Of a DNA stretch of 49,210 bases, positions 17,709 to 27,078 are shown piece after piece (the first letter of the stretch is position 1; each line of letters starts with the position of its first letter). A program made the position numbers and the translations under genes. This stretch comes from a virus (taxonomy: Duplodnaviria; Caudoviricetes), in the IMG/VR virus record IMGVR_UViG_3300048575_000478, positions 1 through 49,210 of that record. One strand, given 5' to 3'. The notes beneath the pieces were generated by a model, which was not told where the DNA came from, ran no database searches, and worked only from the letters and a program-made list of their open reading frames with translations.

Positions 17709-19195
17709 TAACACGGTTGAAAAAGTGTCCATTGCAAAGGGAGCGTGAAGAATACGCCTTGTTATTGCATGAACGGTTGGTGCGTGAAAGTCGTGCCGAC
17801 CTTTTGCGTTTTACGCTTGCCACAATGCCAACATTCAACCCCGCCGATTTTCACAAACGTTATTACGATAAATTGACCGAGTTTGCACATGGTGACATTC
17901 GCAAACTAATGGTATTTATGCCACCCCAACATGGCAAGTCCGAGGGTTCAACAAGGCGTTTGCCTGCTTTCATTGTTGGCGACCGCCCCGATACTAAAGT
18001 TGCCATTGTTTCATACAATGCCCCCAAGGCACGCAAGTTCAATCGCGAGATACAACGTATCATTGACACGCCCGAATACCACGAGATATTCCCGGACACA
18101 TGTTTGAACGCATCCAATGTCACAACCGTTGCAGGGGCTTGGTTACGCAATGCAGATGAATTTGAAATTGTCGGTCGGCGTGGTTCAGTCAAGACCGTGG
18201 GTGTCGGCGGTGCATTGACCGGTGAACCGGTTGATGTCTTGATAATGGATGATATTTACAAGGATGCCAAAACGGCATGGTCGCCAACCGTGCGTGAATC
18301 TGTTTCGGATTGGTACGATACAGTTGCAGAAACACGTTTGCATAACCATTCCCAACAATTGATTGTCTTTACACGATGGCATGAAGACGACTTGGCAGGT
18401 ACATTGTTGAGACAACAAGGTGTTTACGACCCAATCACCAATCCAAACGGTTGGGTTGTGGTTACATACCGGGCAATCAAAGAGGGCGCACCAACTGAAT
18501 ACGACCCAAGAAACGAGGGTGAAGCCCTTTGGGAAGAAAGGCACTCACTTGAAAAACTGCAATCAATCCGCACCCGTAACCCGCATGTGTTCGATTCCTT
18601 GTATCAACAAGACCCAAAACCAAGTGAGGGGCTTATGTATGATTCAGGATTCACGGAATATGCTATCAAACCCGCCACACAATATTGCATCCGCAAAGCT
18701 TATGTTGATACAGCCGACACCGGCGCGGACTACTTGTGTGCAATCATATACGATGAAACGGAATTAGGAAACTACCTTGTTGATGTCATGTACACCCAAC
18801 GCCCGATGGAATATACAGAACCGGCACTTGCAAGGCTATTGACAAGGCACACGGTTCAGGAATGTATCATTGAGAGCAACAACGGCGGTCGTGGCTTTAC
18901 ACGTGCCGTTGAAAAACAATGCCGCCTTATGGAGAATGCAAAAACCAAGTTCCGTTGGTTTCATCAAGGCGACAACAAGGACATTCGTATTTATTCCAAT
19001 TCGGCAGCCGTTCAGAACCTTACATTCATGCCGCAAGGATGGATAAAGTTATTCCCGGAGTTTGCAACCGCAATCAATGGATATTTGAAGATAGGCAAGA
19101 ACCCACACGATGATGCACCCGATGCGCTTACGGGTACAGTCGAGAAAAGAAAGAAACGGGCTAAACAAGACGTTGCCGGTCTTTTTGGCTACTAA
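17705..19195 (+). CDS. Terminase large subunit
   Basis: MPPQHGKS Walker A, LIMDD, TRWHEDDL, YQQDP, nuclease motifs VDTA and HDDAPDA. Confidence 0.95.
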   Translation: MITRLKKCPLQREREEYALLLHERLVRESRADLLRFTLATMPTFNPADFHKRYYDKLTEFAHGDIRKLMVFMPPQHGKSEGSTRRLPAFIVGDRPDTKVAIVSYNAPKARKFNREIQRIIDTPEYHEIFPDTCLNASNVTTVAGAWLRNADEFEIVGRRGSVKTVGVGGALTGEPVDVLIMDDIYKDAKTAWSPTVRESVSDWYDTVAETRLHNHSQQLIVFTRWHEDDLAGTLLRQQGVYDPITNPNGWVVVTYRAIKEGAPTEYDPRNEGEALWEERHSLEKLQSIRTRNPHVFDSLYQQDPKPSEGLMYDSGFTEYAIKPATQYCIRKAYVDTADTGADYLCAIIYDETELGNYLVDVMYTQRPMEYTEPALARLLTRHTVQECIIESNNGGRGFTRAVEKQCRLMENAKTKFRWFHQGDNKDIRIYSNSAAVQNLTFMPQGWIKLFPEFATAINGYLKIGKNPHDDAPDALTGTVEKRKKRAKQDVAGLFGY

Positions 19196-19221
19196 TGTGT
19201 ATCACTATAATACAATAAGTT

Positions 19222-20676
19222 ATGACAATTGAAGAAATTTTCAAGCAAGCAACGTCCAATGATGTTATTTCAGAACTGAAATCAAGGCGTTACATTCCAC
19301 AACCTGATGTGGAAAGTGCAAACATTGCACTTGACCCCAAGTTGCACAAAATCAATGACCCAATATTGAGACCCGACAAACGGGTGAAAGTTGATGCGGA
19401 TAATGATGCCGATTCAGCGCAAAAGGTTCTTGATACGAATGGTGAATCAACCAATTATCGAATTGAAAAGGTTGCACGTGTGAAATTGGCACTTCAAAAG
19501 CTGATTATCAAACGCGCCGTGTCGTTTTGCTTTGGCAATCCGGTGGCTTATAATGCAAGCCCGGACAACGCCAACCAAGAAATGATTGTGAAAGCCTTGA
19601 GCCGCATCTTGTATGATGTGAAAAGCAATTCATTGAACCGCAAGGTTGCCCGTTCGATATTCGGTTACAAAGAGTGCGCCGAACTTTGGTATCCAACCGA
19701 AAAGCCCAATTCAAACTATGGCTTCAAGTCAAAGTTCAAATTGCGTTGTGCCATATTCTCACCGGCTTTGGGTGATACGCTTTATCCCTATTGGGATGAA
19801 ACGGGCGATATGGTCGCCTTTTCCCGTTCATTTAGTCGCAAGGATGATGGCGAAAATGCCGTGAACTACTTTGAGACCTACACAGACACCGAACATTGGT
19901 TGTGGGTGAATGGTGCAAATGGCTATGATGTTGCACCTGGTTATCCAAAGCCCGTTCCAATTGGCAAGATTCCCGTTATCTATGGACACCAACCCCAATT
20001 TGAAACCGAGGATGTGGATTCATTGATTGACCGTTTGGAAACACTTCTTTCCAACTTTGCAGACACTAACGATTACCACGCCGCCCCGAAAATCTTTATC
20101 AAGGGTGAATTGAAAGGCTTTTCAAAGAAAGGCGAAAGCGGCGCAATCATTGAGGGTGAAGACGGTTCAGATGCCAAATATCTTGCTTGGCAGAACGCCC
20201 CGGAATCTGTCAAATTGGAAATCGAAACGCTTTTGAAGATGATATACACCATCACCCAAACGCCGGACATTTCGTTTGATTCAGTCAAAGGGCTTGGCGC
20301 AATCAGTGGCATTGCATTAAAGCTTTTGTTCATGGATGCACATTTGAAAGTGCAAGATAAGAAAGAGATATTCGATGAATACTTGCAACGCCGCGTGAAT
20401 GTGATTAAAGCCTATATTGGCAAGTTTAACACAGCCCTTGAACAAGAATGCGAAATGATAGAGATTGAACCCGAAATCACACCGTACATGCTTACAAATG
20501 AGATTGACGAAATCAACATGTGGTTGGCAGCCAATGGCAATAAACCTTTGGTTTCGCAGAAAGCGAGTGTCAAGGGGGCAAACTTAACCCAAGACCCGGA
20601 CAAGGACTTTGAGCAAATACAAGAAGAATCAAGCCGGGATAATTCATTTGTGATTGGTGAACCTGTAATTGCATAA
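19222..20676 (+). CDS. Portal protein (SPP1-like)
   Basis: 484 aa after TerL; KIPVIY, TPDISF, SGIALKLLF motifs. Confidence 0.9.
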   Translation: MTIEEIFKQATSNDVISELKSRRYIPQPDVESANIALDPKLHKINDPILRPDKRVKVDADNDADSAQKVLDTNGESTNYRIEKVARVKLALQKLIIKRAVSFCFGNPVAYNASPDNANQEMIVKALSRILYDVKSNSLNRKVARSIFGYKECAELWYPTEKPNSNYGFKSKFKLRCAIFSPALGDTLYPYWDETGDMVAFSRSFSRKDDGENAVNYFETYTDTEHWLWVNGANGYDVAPGYPKPVPIGKIPVIYGHQPQFETEDVDSLIDRLETLLSNFADTNDYHAAPKIFIKGELKGFSKKGESGAIIEGEDGSDAKYLAWQNAPESVKLEIETLLKMIYTITQTPDISFDSVKGLGAISGIALKLLFMDAHLKVQDKKEIFDEYLQRRVNVIKAYIGKFNTALEQECEMIEIEPEITPYMLTNEIDEINMWLAANGNKPLVSQKASVKGANLTQDPDKDFEQIQEESSRDNSFVIGEPVIA

Positions 20677-20680
20677 CATC

Positions 20681-20992
20681 ATGGCAAAGGTAAGATGTAT
20701 TGATACAACCAAATTGAATGGTGAAGTGCGTTGGGCGTTCTATTGTCCGGGATGCCATGAAACGCATTTCTTTTGGACAAAAGGGAATGTTGCTTGGGAC
20801 TTCAACGGTGACGTGAATAGACCAACCGTTTCACCATCCATCAAGGTTGAATATAATGGTGCGGACAAAGACACCGTTTGCCATTCGTTTATTCGCGATG
20901 GCTTTATTGAATATTTGAGTGATTGCACGCATTCATTGGCAGGCAAGACGGTTGAACTTAAAGAGTTGGAAGATGGCAAAGAAGATTATTAG
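20681..20992 (+). CDS. DUF6527-like Cys/His protein
   Basis: FYCPGCHETH...WDFNGD..RPTVSPSI...CHSFIRDG.IEYLSDCTHSLAG. Confidence 0.65.
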   Translation: MAKVRCIDTTKLNGEVRWAFYCPGCHETHFFWTKGNVAWDFNGDVNRPTVSPSIKVEYNGADKDTVCHSFIRDGFIEYLSDCTHSLAGKTVELKELEDGKEDY

Positions 20993-21152
20993 AACCCAAT
21001 ACCGTTGTCGTGATTGCAAGCACTCTTATAATTGGCACGAAATAGCGGCGGACACCGGGCAACCGTTCATGTGTTATTGCCCGCATTATACAGATGGCAA
21101 GTATTGCAAGTTTTTAAGTGACAACCAATGTGATAAATTTGAATTGAGATAA
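20973..21152 (+). CDS. Small Cys-rich protein
   Basis: MAKKIIRTQYRCRDCKHS...MCYCPH...CDKF; stop overlaps the next start. Confidence 0.65.
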   Translation: MAKKIIRTQYRCRDCKHSYNWHEIAADTGQPFMCYCPHYTDGKYCKFLSDNQCDKFELR

Positions 21153-23080
21153 TGGCAAAGAAAACAAAGACAAAGGCGTTTTCCTTTCAGGGATTCGATG
21201 CACAGCATTACAAGACAACGGAACAATATGCCGCCGCCGTTGATGCTTTGTTTGACCGTGCCACCAAAGCAATTGCAGATGCAGCGGCAAAAGGCACATA
21301 CAACCCCGACACGCCATTTTCTTTTGATGATTACCCAAGTGTAAAGGCATACGCCCAAAAGATTATCACGGGGCTTGCAAACAACATAACGTCCGTTGTC
21401 ACGAATGGTTCACGCAAGCAATGGTTGTTCGCATGTCAAAAGAATGATGAATTTGTCAATTCTATCATTGACACATCCAAGGTATCCAAGGCGCGCTTGA
21501 ACAAGATGCAAGACCGCAATTTGGATGCCATGAAAACGTTTCAGGGGCGCAAGGTTGACGGTATGAACCTTTCTGAACGTGTTTGGAAGTACACCCAACA
21601 ATTCAAAGCGCAAATTGAATTGGGGCTTGATGTTGGACTTGGTGAGGGTCGAAGCGCGCAACAATTATCACGGGACTTGCGGCAAAATCTGCAAGACCCC
21701 GACCGATTGTTTCGCCGGGTACGTGACAAACGTGGCAATCTGCAATTGTCCAAGGCGGCAAAGGCGTTCCATCCGGGCATTGGTGTTTACCGGTCGAGTG
21801 CTAAGAACGCCGCACGCTTGACACGTTCCGAAATCAACATGGCATATCGTGAAGCTGATTGGATGCGTTGGCAGCAATTAGACTTCGTTGTTGGGTTTGA
21901 GGTTCACCGGTCAAATAGAGAACCGCAATTTAAGTGTGCCTTGTGTGACAAGCTTGTTGGGCGTTATCCAAAGACATTCAAATTCAAGGGTTGGCATCCA
22001 CAGTGCATGTGCTATGCAACTGCAATACTTATGGATGAAAACGATTTTGATGCACAAGAATTGTCCGACTTGAAAAGTGCGTTGCGTGGAACGGAATACA
22101 AGAAACTTGAAGTTAAAAACGAAGTCACCGACATGCCGGATGGGTTCAAAGAATGGGTTGCCGAAAACCAACAAAAGCAATCCAATTGGGGGTCAACCCC
22201 TTATTTCATCAAGGACAACTTCAAAGGTGGCTTGTTGTCAAAGGGATTGACCTTTGCAACTAAGGATGTACCAAAGGTTGAACCGAAAGTTCAGTTCGTG
22301 CCAATTGTGCCACAACCCGAAATCAAAGAGCCGGTCAAAACAACCGATGTTTATTCACCCAATATGCCAACTCAATTCAAGGCAAGCGGTGATTATCTGA
22401 AAGGTGAAGACTATACGTTTGAAAAGCAATTCTTTGACCTTATAGACCCTGAAAAACCAATTCAATTGGCTTTATCAAAGGCAAACAAAGGGGCTTACTA
22501 TTCACCAAGTGAAAAGAAAGTCTATATCTATGATGCTGCAAGAAATGAAAAGTCGGCTTGGGAACGCAAGGCGGTTGTTTACCATGAATTTGGACACGGT
22601 ATTGATTGGCAACGCGATTTAAGAAGTTCACAAGAAGTTGCCGACATGCGAACCATTCAGATTGCCCGATTGAAGAAACAAGGCACATACAAGGTTTGGA
22701 CACGTCGGTATGATTATGCAAAAGGCAAGTATGTGAATGAACAAGTTGAACGCAAGATGTCATTGGTTGCATACCTTGACCAAAAGATGCAAGCAATCAG
22801 TTCAAAGGTTTGGGGTATGAATGCCGAAACGTTCACAAAGCGTGGAATTACCAAGGCGGATGTATTGGAACAAATCGGTTCAGTACGTGACACCATCAAA
22901 TCACTTGTAATTACATACGGCGATGGGCATTCAACCAAGTATTTCAAGACACCCGGCAGACAACAAGCCGAATATTTGGCACATGCTTTTGAAAATGCTT
23001 TTGTTGGCAATGAAGTATTCAAGAAGTATATGCCTGATACTTACAAAGAAATGGTTGCCTATATTCGTGGGTTGAAATAG
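21152..23080 (+). CDS. MuF-like minor head protein with a C-terminal HEXXH metallopeptidase-like extension
   Basis: MuF-type RLTRSEINMAY and WHPQCMC; Pro-rich linker; VYHEFGHGID at 22583-22597 and AEYLAHAFE. Confidence 0.8.
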   Translation: MAKKTKTKAFSFQGFDAQHYKTTEQYAAAVDALFDRATKAIADAAAKGTYNPDTPFSFDDYPSVKAYAQKIITGLANNITSVVTNGSRKQWLFACQKNDEFVNSIIDTSKVSKARLNKMQDRNLDAMKTFQGRKVDGMNLSERVWKYTQQFKAQIELGLDVGLGEGRSAQQLSRDLRQNLQDPDRLFRRVRDKRGNLQLSKAAKAFHPGIGVYRSSAKNAARLTRSEINMAYREADWMRWQQLDFVVGFEVHRSNREPQFKCALCDKLVGRYPKTFKFKGWHPQCMCYATAILMDENDFDAQELSDLKSALRGTEYKKLEVKNEVTDMPDGFKEWVAENQQKQSNWGSTPYFIKDNFKGGLLSKGLTFATKDVPKVEPKVQFVPIVPQPEIKEPVKTTDVYSPNMPTQFKASGDYLKGEDYTFEKQFFDLIDPEKPIQLALSKANKGAYYSPSEKKVYIYDAARNEKSAWERKAVVYHEFGHGIDWQRDLRSSQEVADMRTIQIARLKKQGTYKVWTRRYDYAKGKYVNEQVERKMSLVAYLDQKMQAISSKVWGMNAETFTKRGITKADVLEQIGSVRDTIKSLVITYGDGHSTKYFKTPGRQQAEYLAHAFENAFVGNEVFKKYMPDTYKEMVAYIRGLK

Positions 23081-23081
23081 A

Positions 23082-23111
23082 AAGCCCGCATTGAATGAAC
23101 AACACGGGCTT
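23082..23111. terminator. Hairpin between convergent genes
   Basis: AAGCCCG...CGGGCTT inverted repeat. Confidence 0.5.
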
Positions 23112-23115
23112 CAAA

Positions 23116-23379
23116 TCATTTGATGTACATTATACCATCGGGAACTTGACCGACATATTCCATTTGGGATGTGTCGGTTTTTTCTTCACCGGGGTACACG
23201 ACCACAAAGGTCTTATCTTCACGAACAACACGTTCAAGTAATGCCAATGCCTTATCCTTTTCATTGACTGCATAAGGGAGCATTGCAATGATGCTTGAAT
23301 ATTCCTTGTTGTCATGGTCGTTGGTGAAGTAATAAAATAAGTCTTCACCTTTCAACTTTGTAAAATCAATCTTTTCCAT
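23116..23379 (-). CDS. Hypothetical protein convergent with MuF
   Basis: MEKIDFTKLKGEDLFYYF... 87 aa; last gene of the reverse operon. Confidence 0.7.
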   Translation of the reverse strand: MEKIDFTKLKGEDLFYYFTNDHDNKEYSSIIAMLPYAVNEKDKALALLERVVREDKTFVVVYPGEEKTDTSQMEYVGQVPDGIMYIK

Positions 23380-23611
23380 CACTCTTTGATTTATTGGTTC
23401 TATTACCTTTCTTTCGGTGAATTTCACCACGATAAATGATACAATTTTTGTTCCTGTATGGTCGTTCCGGTGTTATACCATACGACCACAACCGGGATTT
23501 TGACACGCCCAATTGTTTGGGTGTGAATGTTTCAAAGATGGCGGCAATCGACCCAAAATAATGGTGGTTGTCGTCACCGAAACATACGTGCAATATAGTA
23601 TTACCGTTCAT
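23366..23611 (-). CDS. Small basic hypothetical protein (possibly DNA-binding)
   Basis: HHYFGSIAAIFETFTPKQLGVSKSRLW; ATG at 23611 overlaps the upstream stop. Confidence 0.65.
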   Translation of the reverse strand: MNGNTILHVCFGDDNHHYFGSIAAIFETFTPKQLGVSKSRLWSYGITPERPYRNKNCIIYRGEIHRKKGNRTNKSKSDGKD

Positions 23612-23829
23612 TATATTTTGTTTTGAATCCAATCAAAAAAACCAAGATACTTTCCAAACAAACCATTGTTGCCAAAATATGGGTATTCGTTTATGTCTTT
23701 ACCCGTAAAAATCCAATATAACCCGGCTATAATCGTAAATTCAAGTATGAAGTAAACCATCAAGCAAAAGGTTATAGGAGTTGCCGATAAAAACAACAAG
23801 GCGAATAATATGCGTTTTATTGTTTTCAT
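23611..23829 (-). CDS. Small membrane protein
   Basis: 72 aa with a long hydrophobic N-terminal half. Confidence 0.65.
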   Translation of the reverse strand: MKTIKRILFALLFLSATPITFCLMVYFILEFTIIAGLYWIFTGKDINEYPYFGNNGLFGKYLGFFDWIQNKI

Positions 23830-24080
23830 ATTTTATTATTTGATAGATATTGTATGCCACAATTCTTGTATGAATCGCATGTTGGACAATGTTTTTTTAT
23901 CGCTTTTCTTGTTCTTATTTTGATTAATAATCTTTGAAACAGATTCAAACGATGCTGAACATAATAGTCACGAATGCCACCAAGTTTGTAGCGTGAATAA
24001 ACATCAATTGCGCAATTACGCTCAATTTGATGTATGCAATGTTGCATTGAAACCCTACAATATGACATTATTTTTTCCAT
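23826..24080 (-). CDS. Hypothetical Cys-containing protein
   Basis: 84 aa with overlapping start/stop; CPTC motif. Confidence 0.6.
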   Translation of the reverse strand: MEKIMSYCRVSMQHCIHQIERNCAIDVYSRYKLGGIRDYYVQHRLNLFQRLLIKIRTRKAIKKHCPTCDSYKNCGIQYLSNNKI

Positions 24081-24081
24081 A

Positions 24082-24396
24082 CTACATTTTGATTTCTTTA
24101 TTTACCCCAAGGCATTTATTATTTGCATCAAATAAAAGTGTGATGCTATACGGCATTTTCGACCACGTGCAAAGTGTTCCGGGCTTACCGGTATCACCGA
24201 CCGTACATGTCGCCACCGCATTGGGTGCGCCAACCTTTGCCGTGATTTCATCCAATGATAACCCAACGAGATTGCCAAGCTTGACAAATTCACGTTGTAA
24301 CAATGTTCCTTTTGCTTTCTGAAAGCTGTTAATCACAATGCCGATGAATGCACCCAAGCAAACAAAGGCGATAATTCCAAACCATCCCATAATCAA
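24082..24396 (-). CDS. Membrane-anchored small protein
   Basis: N-terminal TM helix, then GLSLDEITAKVGAPN...LLFD.NNK (SmpA/BLIP-like pattern). Confidence 0.65.
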   Translation of the reverse strand: MIMGWFGIIAFVCLGAFIGIVINSFQKAKGTLLQREFVKLGNLVGLSLDEITAKVGAPNAVATCTVGDTGKPGTLCTWSKMPYSITLLFDANNKCLGVNKEIKM

Positions 24397-24941
24397 GGTA
24401 TATTATTGAAGTTAAACAATTCTCTATTTTCAGCAAATGCCGCTTTCTTCACTTCACGGTAAAAGGCTTTGTTCATCTTGCGCAACCTTGCCAAATGTCC
24501 GTGTGGTTGCCAATGAAAGTTCGGCATCACTTCATTATTTGCGGCGTAAATACCGCCCTGTTTCGGTTCAAAACGTGCAAAGGCAACCAAATGTCCATCT
24601 TTAATGAAAACAACGTCTTGTGCGCCGTCTTTGGGCTTCCTTGGGTACCTTAACGACTTGCACCCATTGTAATACTCAACAATCTTTCGTTGTTGTTCCA
24701 TTTGCGCACGTACACGTTCGCGTATCGCTTGGAAGTTACCCGCCACCTCTTTGCGTATTTCGGCAATATTGATGGGGTCTTTCCCGGTGGCAATGTCATA
24801 TTTCAATGTGCCACCCTTGAACATTCGCAAGGCGCGTTCAAAGTTTTCTTTGTCCACCACATTGCCGTGAAGTTCTTTCACAAACTCGATTGATAACCCG
24901 TATTGGGTCGCCAATGCTTCAAAATTTAGTTCCTTTTTCAT
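24393..24941 (-). CDS. Hypothetical protein
   Basis: MKKELNFEALATQYGLSIEFV... ~182 aa in the reverse operon. Confidence 0.7.
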   Translation of the reverse strand: MKKELNFEALATQYGLSIEFVKELHGNVVDKENFERALRMFKGGTLKYDIATGKDPINIAEIRKEVAGNFQAIRERVRAQMEQQRKIVEYYNGCKSLRYPRKPKDGAQDVVFIKDGHLVAFARFEPKQGGIYAANNEVMPNFHWQPHGHLARLRKMNKAFYREVKKAAFAENRELFNFNNIP

Positions 24942-24973
24942 TGCAAAAGTAATTATTATATTTAATAAAACAA

Positions 24974-25630
24974 TCAAAATAAGCCCAATTGCGCTTGATG
25001 ATACAACAAACGTTGTTTGGCTGCATTATAGAAAACGGGGTCAAGCTCAATTCCAAGCATTTCAAACTTTAAATCATGCGCCGCAATACATATTGAACCA
25101 CTACCTAAATGCGTGTCAAGTATTTTATCACCCGTTTTTGCAAAATTGTTAAGTATCCATCCATATAAGGCGATTGGTTTTTGCGTTGGGTGAATCCTTG
25201 GCGATTCAGCATTAATGCTTCCATAATAGGGATAATCAAAACATCGTGCAACTTTATCAAACGATGTCCATGCCATTTCACCATCTGCAAAATTTTTGAC
25301 AGGTTGATGTTTGTACCAAAATATAAAGCACTTTGTTGGTGGCAAATCAAAGTAATTACCACCCCAAATAATTTGATTCTTTGAAACTCTTTGTAATTCA
25401 TTAAAATACTCAATGGGGGGGGGTAATTTATCCCATCCCTTATTTTCATTCTTGTATTTATTAGCTCTTATACGCGTTCCATCACTTAGTTTATTAGTTC
25501 GATTATAATTTCCAAAATCAATACCATAAGGCGGGTCACATATTGCAAGGTCATAAGAATTATCAGGAAGCGACTTTAAAACTTCCATACAATCACCATT
25601 ATGCAGTGTTATATTTCCAAATGTTTCCAT
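24974..25630 (-). CDS. DNA amino-methyltransferase (N6-A/N4-C, beta class), orphan
   Basis: GDCMEVLK, DPPY, HPTQKP, LDTHLGSGS and GIELD motifs. Confidence 0.92.
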   Translation of the reverse strand: METFGNITLHNGDCMEVLKSLPDNSYDLAICDPPYGIDFGNYNRTNKLSDGTRIRANKYKNENKGWDKLPPPIEYFNELQRVSKNQIIWGGNYFDLPPTKCFIFWYKHQPVKNFADGEMAWTSFDKVARCFDYPYYGSINAESPRIHPTQKPIALYGWILNNFAKTGDKILDTHLGSGSICIAAHDLKFEMLGIELDPVFYNAAKQRLLYHQAQLGLF

Positions 25631-25974
25631 TATTGCACTAAATTTTGAAGTTTGATAATCAAGTTTGCCATTTCAGAATTGTTGCTTTGTCCAATGTTGA
25701 CAATGCCATTTTCAACCAAAATCATGTCATAATTCCCAAGGAATGAAAGAAGTGTATTCACCAATGGTTTTTCACGTCCATTGAATCCACAATCATATTC
25801 AGAAATCAAGCAATCTAAATCGTTCGTCTTAAAACCATAATCAGTATTCCATGCCGGAAATTCATTTTTACCAACTTCTTTGATTTGCTTGATAGTCTTG
25901 TAATACTCTGATTCATCAAACCATCTTTCCATTGCTTCAAGTTCTTCATCAATTGTTGCAAATACTTTTTTCAT
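25630..25974 (-). CDS. Hypothetical protein
   Basis: 114 aa; stop overlaps the MTase start. Confidence 0.7.
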   Translation of the reverse strand: MKKVFATIDEELEAMERWFDESEYYKTIKQIKEVGKNEFPAWNTDYGFKTNDLDCLISEYDCGFNGREKPLVNTLLSFLGNYDMILVENGIVNIGQSNNSEMANLIIKLQNLVQ

Positions 25975-25978
25975 GGCT

Positions 25979-26134
25979 TTAAAAATTAGGTTTTAGTTTC
26001 AATACTCTTAACACCTCTTTTAATTCTGAATCGGTGTATTGTTCTGCAATTGATTTTGATACACAATTGTGATTCATTGCAATTTCAACCGCCCTTTGGC
26101 GTGAAACTTTCGGAACTGTTCTTTTGATTTTCAT
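25979..26134 (-). CDS. Small hypothetical protein (51 aa), first gene of the reverse operon
   Basis: MKIKRTVPKVSRQRAVEIAMNHNCVSKSIAEQYTDSELKEVLRVLKLKPNF; same TCGCAACAATG start context as other phage genes. Confidence 0.6.
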   Translation of the reverse strand: MKIKRTVPKVSRQRAVEIAMNHNCVSKSIAEQYTDSELKEVLRVLKLKPNF

Positions 26135-26165
26135 TGTTGCGAATTTATTTATTAAACATTGTTGC

Positions 26166-26321
26166 GTGTATCACTATAATACACGGCAAAGATAGTTGTT
26201 TTATTCAATACAACAATCATTTCAGCAAAAAAAATGCACTTGCAATGCAAAAAACTTCAATAACTCAACGCTAACTTTCATTATCAATCAACGTGTATTA
26301 CTATAATACAGGCTATTTTTG
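26166..26321. promoter_or_regulatory. Divergent promoter region with two motif copies (26166-26184, 26293-26310)
   Basis: Minus-strand -7 TATCTTTG at 26187-26194 and plus-strand -7 TATTTTTG at 26314-26321, each next to a motif copy. Confidence 0.7.
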
Positions 26322-26356
26322 CGTATTGATTTGTATAACATTAAAATTCACTGAAA

Positions 26357-27058
26357 ATGAAAGAAAAAATTCTCGCATTACTGATGGCATCGTTCGCAGG
26401 CGTGCGAAAGGACGGATTGAACCAATTGGCACGCACCATTGCGTTACAAGCGGCAACCGAAGATGAAGCGAAAACCCTTGTTGATAAGTTGACCAAAGCG
26501 CAGGTTGACGACTTCGTAAAAGAGTATCGCGCAGAAGTGGACAAAGAGGTTTCAGACGGCAACAAGACCTATGAAAGTAACTTGAAAAAGAAGTTTGACC
26601 TTGTCGAAAAGAAAACCAACGAACCCGGCGATGGTGGAAACGGCAATGGTGGTAATGGTGGTGATGATATTGCAACCAAATTGGATGCTCTATTGGATGC
26701 CAAATTAAAACCATTACAAGAAAAACTTAGCAAGTACGAGCAAGATGGAGTTGCCAAAACAAGGCTTCAAGCATTATCGGAAAAGCTTTCAACGTGTAAA
26801 GACGACAATTTCAAGGCGCAAGCCATGAAAGATTTCGGACGTATGAACTTCAATTCTGATGATGAATTCAATGAATACTTGACAGAAAAGGAAACCGCGA
26901 TTGCAACCGCAAATCAAAACGTGGCTGATGCCGCACTTGGCGGACAAGGAAGACCATTTTTCGCCCAAAAGGCAGATGATGGGGTTTCCAAAGGTGTCGC
27001 CGAATACGTGGCAAGCCAAAAACCTGATGGCGATAAGCTTTCAGGAAAAGAAGTTTAA
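26357..27058 (+). CDS. Capsid scaffolding protein
   Basis: Charged, helical protein with a Gly-rich linker, upstream of decoration and capsid genes. Confidence 0.7.
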   Translation: MKEKILALLMASFAGVRKDGLNQLARTIALQAATEDEAKTLVDKLTKAQVDDFVKEYRAEVDKEVSDGNKTYESNLKKKFDLVEKKTNEPGDGGNGNGGNGGDDIATKLDALLDAKLKPLQEKLSKYEQDGVAKTRLQALSEKLSTCKDDNFKAQAMKDFGRMNFNSDDEFNEYLTEKETAIATANQNVADAALGGQGRPFFAQKADDGVSKGVAEYVASQKPDGDKLSGKEV

Positions 27059-27078
27059 TCCTTTAAACCATTACAACA

